64,000 bases of DNA from Basidiobolus meristosporus CBS 931.73 (Eukaryota; Fungi; Basidiobolomycota): positions 62,001-126,000 of the forward strand of contig MCFE01000130.1 in NCBI GenBank assembly GCA_002104905.1, written 5' to 3'. Below, piece by piece: positions 59,950-64,000 of the stretch (its first letter is position 1; each line of letters opens with the position of its first letter). The notes under the pieces are model-generated. The model saw only the letters and a list, made by a program, of their open reading frames with translations. It was not told where the DNA came from and searched no databases. The position numbers were made by a program, and so were the translations under genes.

Positions 59950-60700
59950 CACCCAACCCAACTTTGCATTACTTAACTGATTACACATGCATTGGGGCTG
60001 CTTAGCTTCTTAATGCCATAGGCATAGGTGTCTCCATGTGCACATTTGTCCTCAGTATTTTCCAACTCTTCCTGGCTGACCTCCATATGCCAACTCATCA
60101 CATCCATGATGGACTTAAAGGTAATATTTTTGATGAGATTGGGATATAGTAGTACCTGCAACTTGACTTGTCTTCCTATCTCCCCACACATCTGCTCCAT
60201 AGGAAACTACCAAAAGGTGAAGTAAGGCTCAACATTCTCCACACACCATGCAAGATGGAGTAGAGAATGGATACATCAGCAGCAGAGATTTACATGTTGC
60301 GCTTTATGTTTGTAGTATAGCCTCTCAAATCCTGTCACAAACTCCTTGCACAACAGCTGTAGATGCTTCAAGTTGGCATTGGTGATCTGCTTCTGATTAA
60401 ATATTCCTACAATGTCCACATATGACTCCCAATGCCTTTAATGTACTCTTGGTAGGAATGGCTTCAGATTGCCACTTGAATAAATGTATATCCAGCTCAT
60501 CCCATCTTTGCATTTGTATTGTTGCAGATGCATATGAATATTGATTGGAGCCTGCAAATCACAAAGTTAAAGTCCCATGACTAAGAGGTACTGATCCTGT
60601 CAGGACACCATCTAGAGACTGTTGAAAAATAATTGCATCCCAGATTTCACAAAAAACTTAGTCAAAAATTTCCATCACTACAATGTATAAGTGACTCTTG
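59950..60700 (-). pseudogene. CACTA/EnSpm-type transposase C-terminal relic
   Basis: Frame reads HWESYVDIVGIFNQKQIT..LCKEFVTGFERLYY..CIHSLLHLAWCVENVEPYFTFW*FPMEQMCGEI..YPNL, matching the H-x-L-x-H...GP...W-x-F-x-xE-R-x-xG pattern of CACTA Tnp2 (DUF4218-like). Stops present; termini not found. Confidence 0.7.
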
Positions 60701-60714
60701 ATTAATTTTCTGCC

Positions 60715-62810
60715 AATTTGCTCACTTTCTGATCCTGGACACTCTATTGCCTCCTACATTTATGTACATTGATTGGCTATTGCTTCTTTTTCATACTCCT
60801 TACTTCCTGACTCCACTTTTTCTCTTACTGTTCATGCATACAAATTGATTTATTTCTGTTGAAACTTCAGTTGTACCTCAATTGCCAATTGTATTGACCT
60901 ATACAAGTCCCTATACCCTACACTAACATTAAGCCCAACCCCACACTCAACAAGTAGCTCCATTTAAGTCCACCACACAATAGGTATTTCTGCTGTAACA
61001 CTCTGCTTCCACAACTTTGGCAGGAACCCAATGGCTTTAGGCCACAGTTCATTCACTGGTTCCCATAAGTCCTGGTCTTCAGCCAGCACTGCAAGGTCTA
61101 GCACCTCATCTGCCAATCTTTGGAATAAATCCTTGCAATATTCCAGTGTGTTTTCTTGAGCACTGCTCTTGAAGAAGTGCTGCAACCTCTTGGTGTGCCT
61201 ATTAATGTTCCAAAACTCCACTGAATGCATTGTGATAGTCTTTTGAGCTCTTGACATTGTAGCCTTGTCTGTCAGTGGGATCTCCACTCTGTTAACAATG
61301 GAGGATGTGGAGGCTGTGGTAGACAAATTACTTTTTTCAGCAAGCTCATCTACCTTGCTGAAATGTAGCTCAACTGGCTGTGCTTCCAACTCTTGTGAAA
61401 ACAGCTGTTTTCTTGTTGGTAATTCTTCTTGGCTATGATGGGATTCAGTCTGCTCCTGGTATGCAGCTTTAATTGGAAAGAAATGCAGTTTTTTTTGCAT
61501 GCCTCCCTGTCTCACACTGGGGTAGACATCTCACCCTTTCCCTTTTCCTTTATCACAGCCAGGTCTTTTACTGCTACTCTGCCTGAGTGCTTCCTGTAAA
61601 GAACTACATTTTCTTCTGGGTAAATTCTGCTCTGACACATCTGTTTTGGCCTGCTTGTCCCTTGCTAGCACTCTTCTGGCAACCTGATGTTTCTTTTCTG
61701 CTTGTTTTGAGCTCTCAACCATAGTTGTGATGAGCACCTTTAAAAGTAGATGGTTTTTATCACTGCCAGGTCCTTCACTGTTACTTTGACTGGGTGCTTC
61801 TTGTGTGGTACTACACTTTTTCCTTAATAAATGTTATGCTGGTGCATCTGTGTCTGCCAGCTTGTCCCTAATTTGCACTCTTCCAGCCACCTGACATCTC
61901 TTTGACACTTGTCTGGAGCTTTTGGCCCTGCTTGTAATGCACTCTTGAGGAAGCTGCTGGTTTTTAGCCATGGCACCCTAGTTCTTCTGCCTTTGATAGT
62001 TTCTGCTATTCTTAAAATATTTTCTTAGTATACCAATGCTGGCCTAAAATCCATTTGCCCATTTGAGTCCAGGATAATGCTCATGGAACAAGTCAAGAGC
62101 ATTCTGCTTGGCCTTGAGTTCCTGATGGTCCCATGGTATGCCAGCCTTAAGGTGATGGCATGCTAGACTTCTGACAGTCTCTTGTATATTAGCCAACTCT
62201 TCATTACTGCAATATTGTTTGATTTTTAGGCTTTGGTATAAGCACCACATTGTCTCCCTCTCACACTGTGATTGGTTTTTCTGTGGGCTTTATCTTTGGG
62301 CACTGTTGTTATGCTTCAAATACTATAAGATGTCCCTCTGCTGTTACATCATGATATGGCTCAATTCTTGGCTGTGAAATTGAGCTACTTGAGTTCCTTC
62401 TTGGCAGCAAAGATACTGCTTTCTCTACCTGCAATATTGATTGCTCCACATGTATTATTGGCTCATCCTGTTTCTAGACTATTTCCTGATTTCTCTGGGC
62501 CATTGCATCTGTCCTATCAGCCACTGCACCTAATTGATTCATTAATGCTTTGGTATGAGCTGACAACATACTTGCTAATATGTGTGTTGGTGATGTTATC
62601 ATGGCCACTTGCTGGTTTTCAACTGAGGGTACTGCATTTGCTACATTCTTGTATGCCTGAGCATAATGGTTGGCTTGTAGCTCTGCCAAGGTTCTCAATT
62701 GCCTACTAGACTGAGTGCCTGAGGAGTCTGCATTATTACCTTCAATGGGCACACTGTCCATAGGGTCTATTTTGGATGTAGGCCTGCTTGTTGCACTGAA
62801 TGTCAAAATA
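60715..62810 (-). pseudogene. Decayed ORF(s) upstream of the CACTA transposase, possibly an accessory transposon ORF
   Basis: Collinear minus-strand ORF fragments (62474-62806, 62044-62250, 61531-61737, 60964-61515) in CpG-depleted sequence; the 3' part is duplicated at 58570-59295. Confidence 0.4.
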
Positions 62811-63489
62811 AGCCGTTGTCTAACTGTTCTTCAATTGCCATCAGCAGTGGGGTTTGGTTGGGAGCCAGATGACTTTGCTTTGTTGTTAGGTGGCATATAT
62901 ATGGAAGTGAGTCAAATCAAAGGGAAATAGTGTTACATATAAATGTGCATGTGGTGCCACAACTTTATTAATGATGCTTACTATGGTGGGTCATCATTGA
63001 ATCTTACATTCATGTAGGTGTGATGTCTCAAATACAAGATTGTCTTAAGTACATGTGAGTATTGACCAAAGAGTGATATAATAGCATTACATTGTTGAAG
63101 GTCAAACTGTTTGCCCCATGGACAAGACTACTTTGACTCAATGCCATAAGAGAAGAGAAAAAAGACCATGTAACTATTGTAGCAAGCTGCTCAGCCATGA
63201 AGTATGCAGCAGCATAGGAAGTATTACAAGGATCATGGCCAGTGTTTTGCCACCCAAGCCATATTTGACCATCCATTGGTCACTACTGTACCAGCATTAT
63301 CTTGCCGGCCAGTAGATACTTCTATATTAGCACCTGCCTGTCTTTGTCACCTTGTGCAAACTGAGTCAGGTATGTTTGTGACACCTTTAGGCTCACCTCA
63401 GCCTTCTGATTTTTTGCTGGCCTTTTCTCATTTTTTTTCTGAGGGATCCCTACTCCAGTAACTGATCTATTTGTCTCTTCATTACTTCC

Positions 63490-63950
63490 AATTCAAATCA
63501 AGTTATTCTGTAAGGTGTCTTACTGACTGGACAGCTATCTCCTGTGTCAGTGGCACAGTCCACACCACAAACTGGTGATAGGTTTACAAGCTCACCAAGA
63601 AACCTCTCTGAATATTCCTTCAAAAGAGTTTGGACCTTCTGGGGTACCAGAGCAGAGGAATCCTCATGTAATACCACCATGAGGAACATCTGGGTACCTT
63701 TTCTCCATGCCCTGCACAATTGTGTCTTGCTAAGTTCACTTGTTTCAAACATATTAGAATCAACCAAGTAGAAATCCAGTTGGGCAGGAAAGAGCTCATA
63801 TGTCTGGTTATTTTTTTGGATCTGAGTGCATGGGTTCTCCAGTTGAGGATGGATTCCAACAAAATAGCCAGGATTTTCCAAGTACAAGGTAAAACTTGCA
63901 GTTCTCAAATGTATAGGCCTGTAGGTCTTTTTTGTAGTCATTAATCTTCA
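63490..63950 (-). pseudogene. Ty3/Gypsy pol relic (protease-RT linker and RT start)
   Basis: VQTLLKEYSERFLGELVNLSPVCGVDCATDTGDSCPVSKTPYR resembles the Gypsy LLxEFxDVF..LPP.R.xxHxIDTG..PxxxxPYR motif. Confidence 0.7.
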
Positions 63951-64000
63951 TTCTAACTTGCTGAGTAATATGGTTGATTATGCAAGAGTTCCCATCAGCT

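Noticed and set aside
1-64000. tRNA, rRNA or telomeric repeats
   Set aside because: No convincing T-loop/cloverleaf, rRNA signature or telomere-like tandem repeat seen by eye; tRNAscan-SE would be needed to exclude tRNAs formally.

Overview
Eukaryotic, most likely fungal, genomic window: short GT-AG introns with CTAAC/CTGAC branch points and fungal-type genes. An early-diverging fungal lineage is plausible but not provable here. Two CpG-containing gene blocks (~1.9-16.3 kb and ~34-55 kb) alternate with CpG-depleted transposon blocks (~0-1.1, ~18-33.7 and ~57.3-64 kb). Genes recognised by hand-splicing: Vps1 dynamin, an F-box + SMI1/KNR4 (SUKH) protein, casein kinase I, a C2H2 transcription factor, COX14, trimethyllysine dioxygenase, a VPS9-domain GEF, a sphingomyelin-synthase-type PAP2 enzyme, a bacterial-like CBM9-like protein, a quinone oxidoreductase, an IQM-like protein, a coiled-coil unknown and Maf1. 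The most striking structure is a four-tier transposon nest resolvable by exact target-site duplications. A chromodomain Ty3/Gypsy relic is split by an apparently non-autonomous Copia-type LTR element (20209-30018, TSD ATTGT) that carries no recognisable gag-pol but holds a 343-bp-arm hairpin. That element is split by a full-length Copia of a sister LTR family (22616-28385, TSD CAAAC), whose gag is split by a 1080-bp solo LTR (4-bp TSD). All identities and alignments were estimated by eye; no database searches were run.
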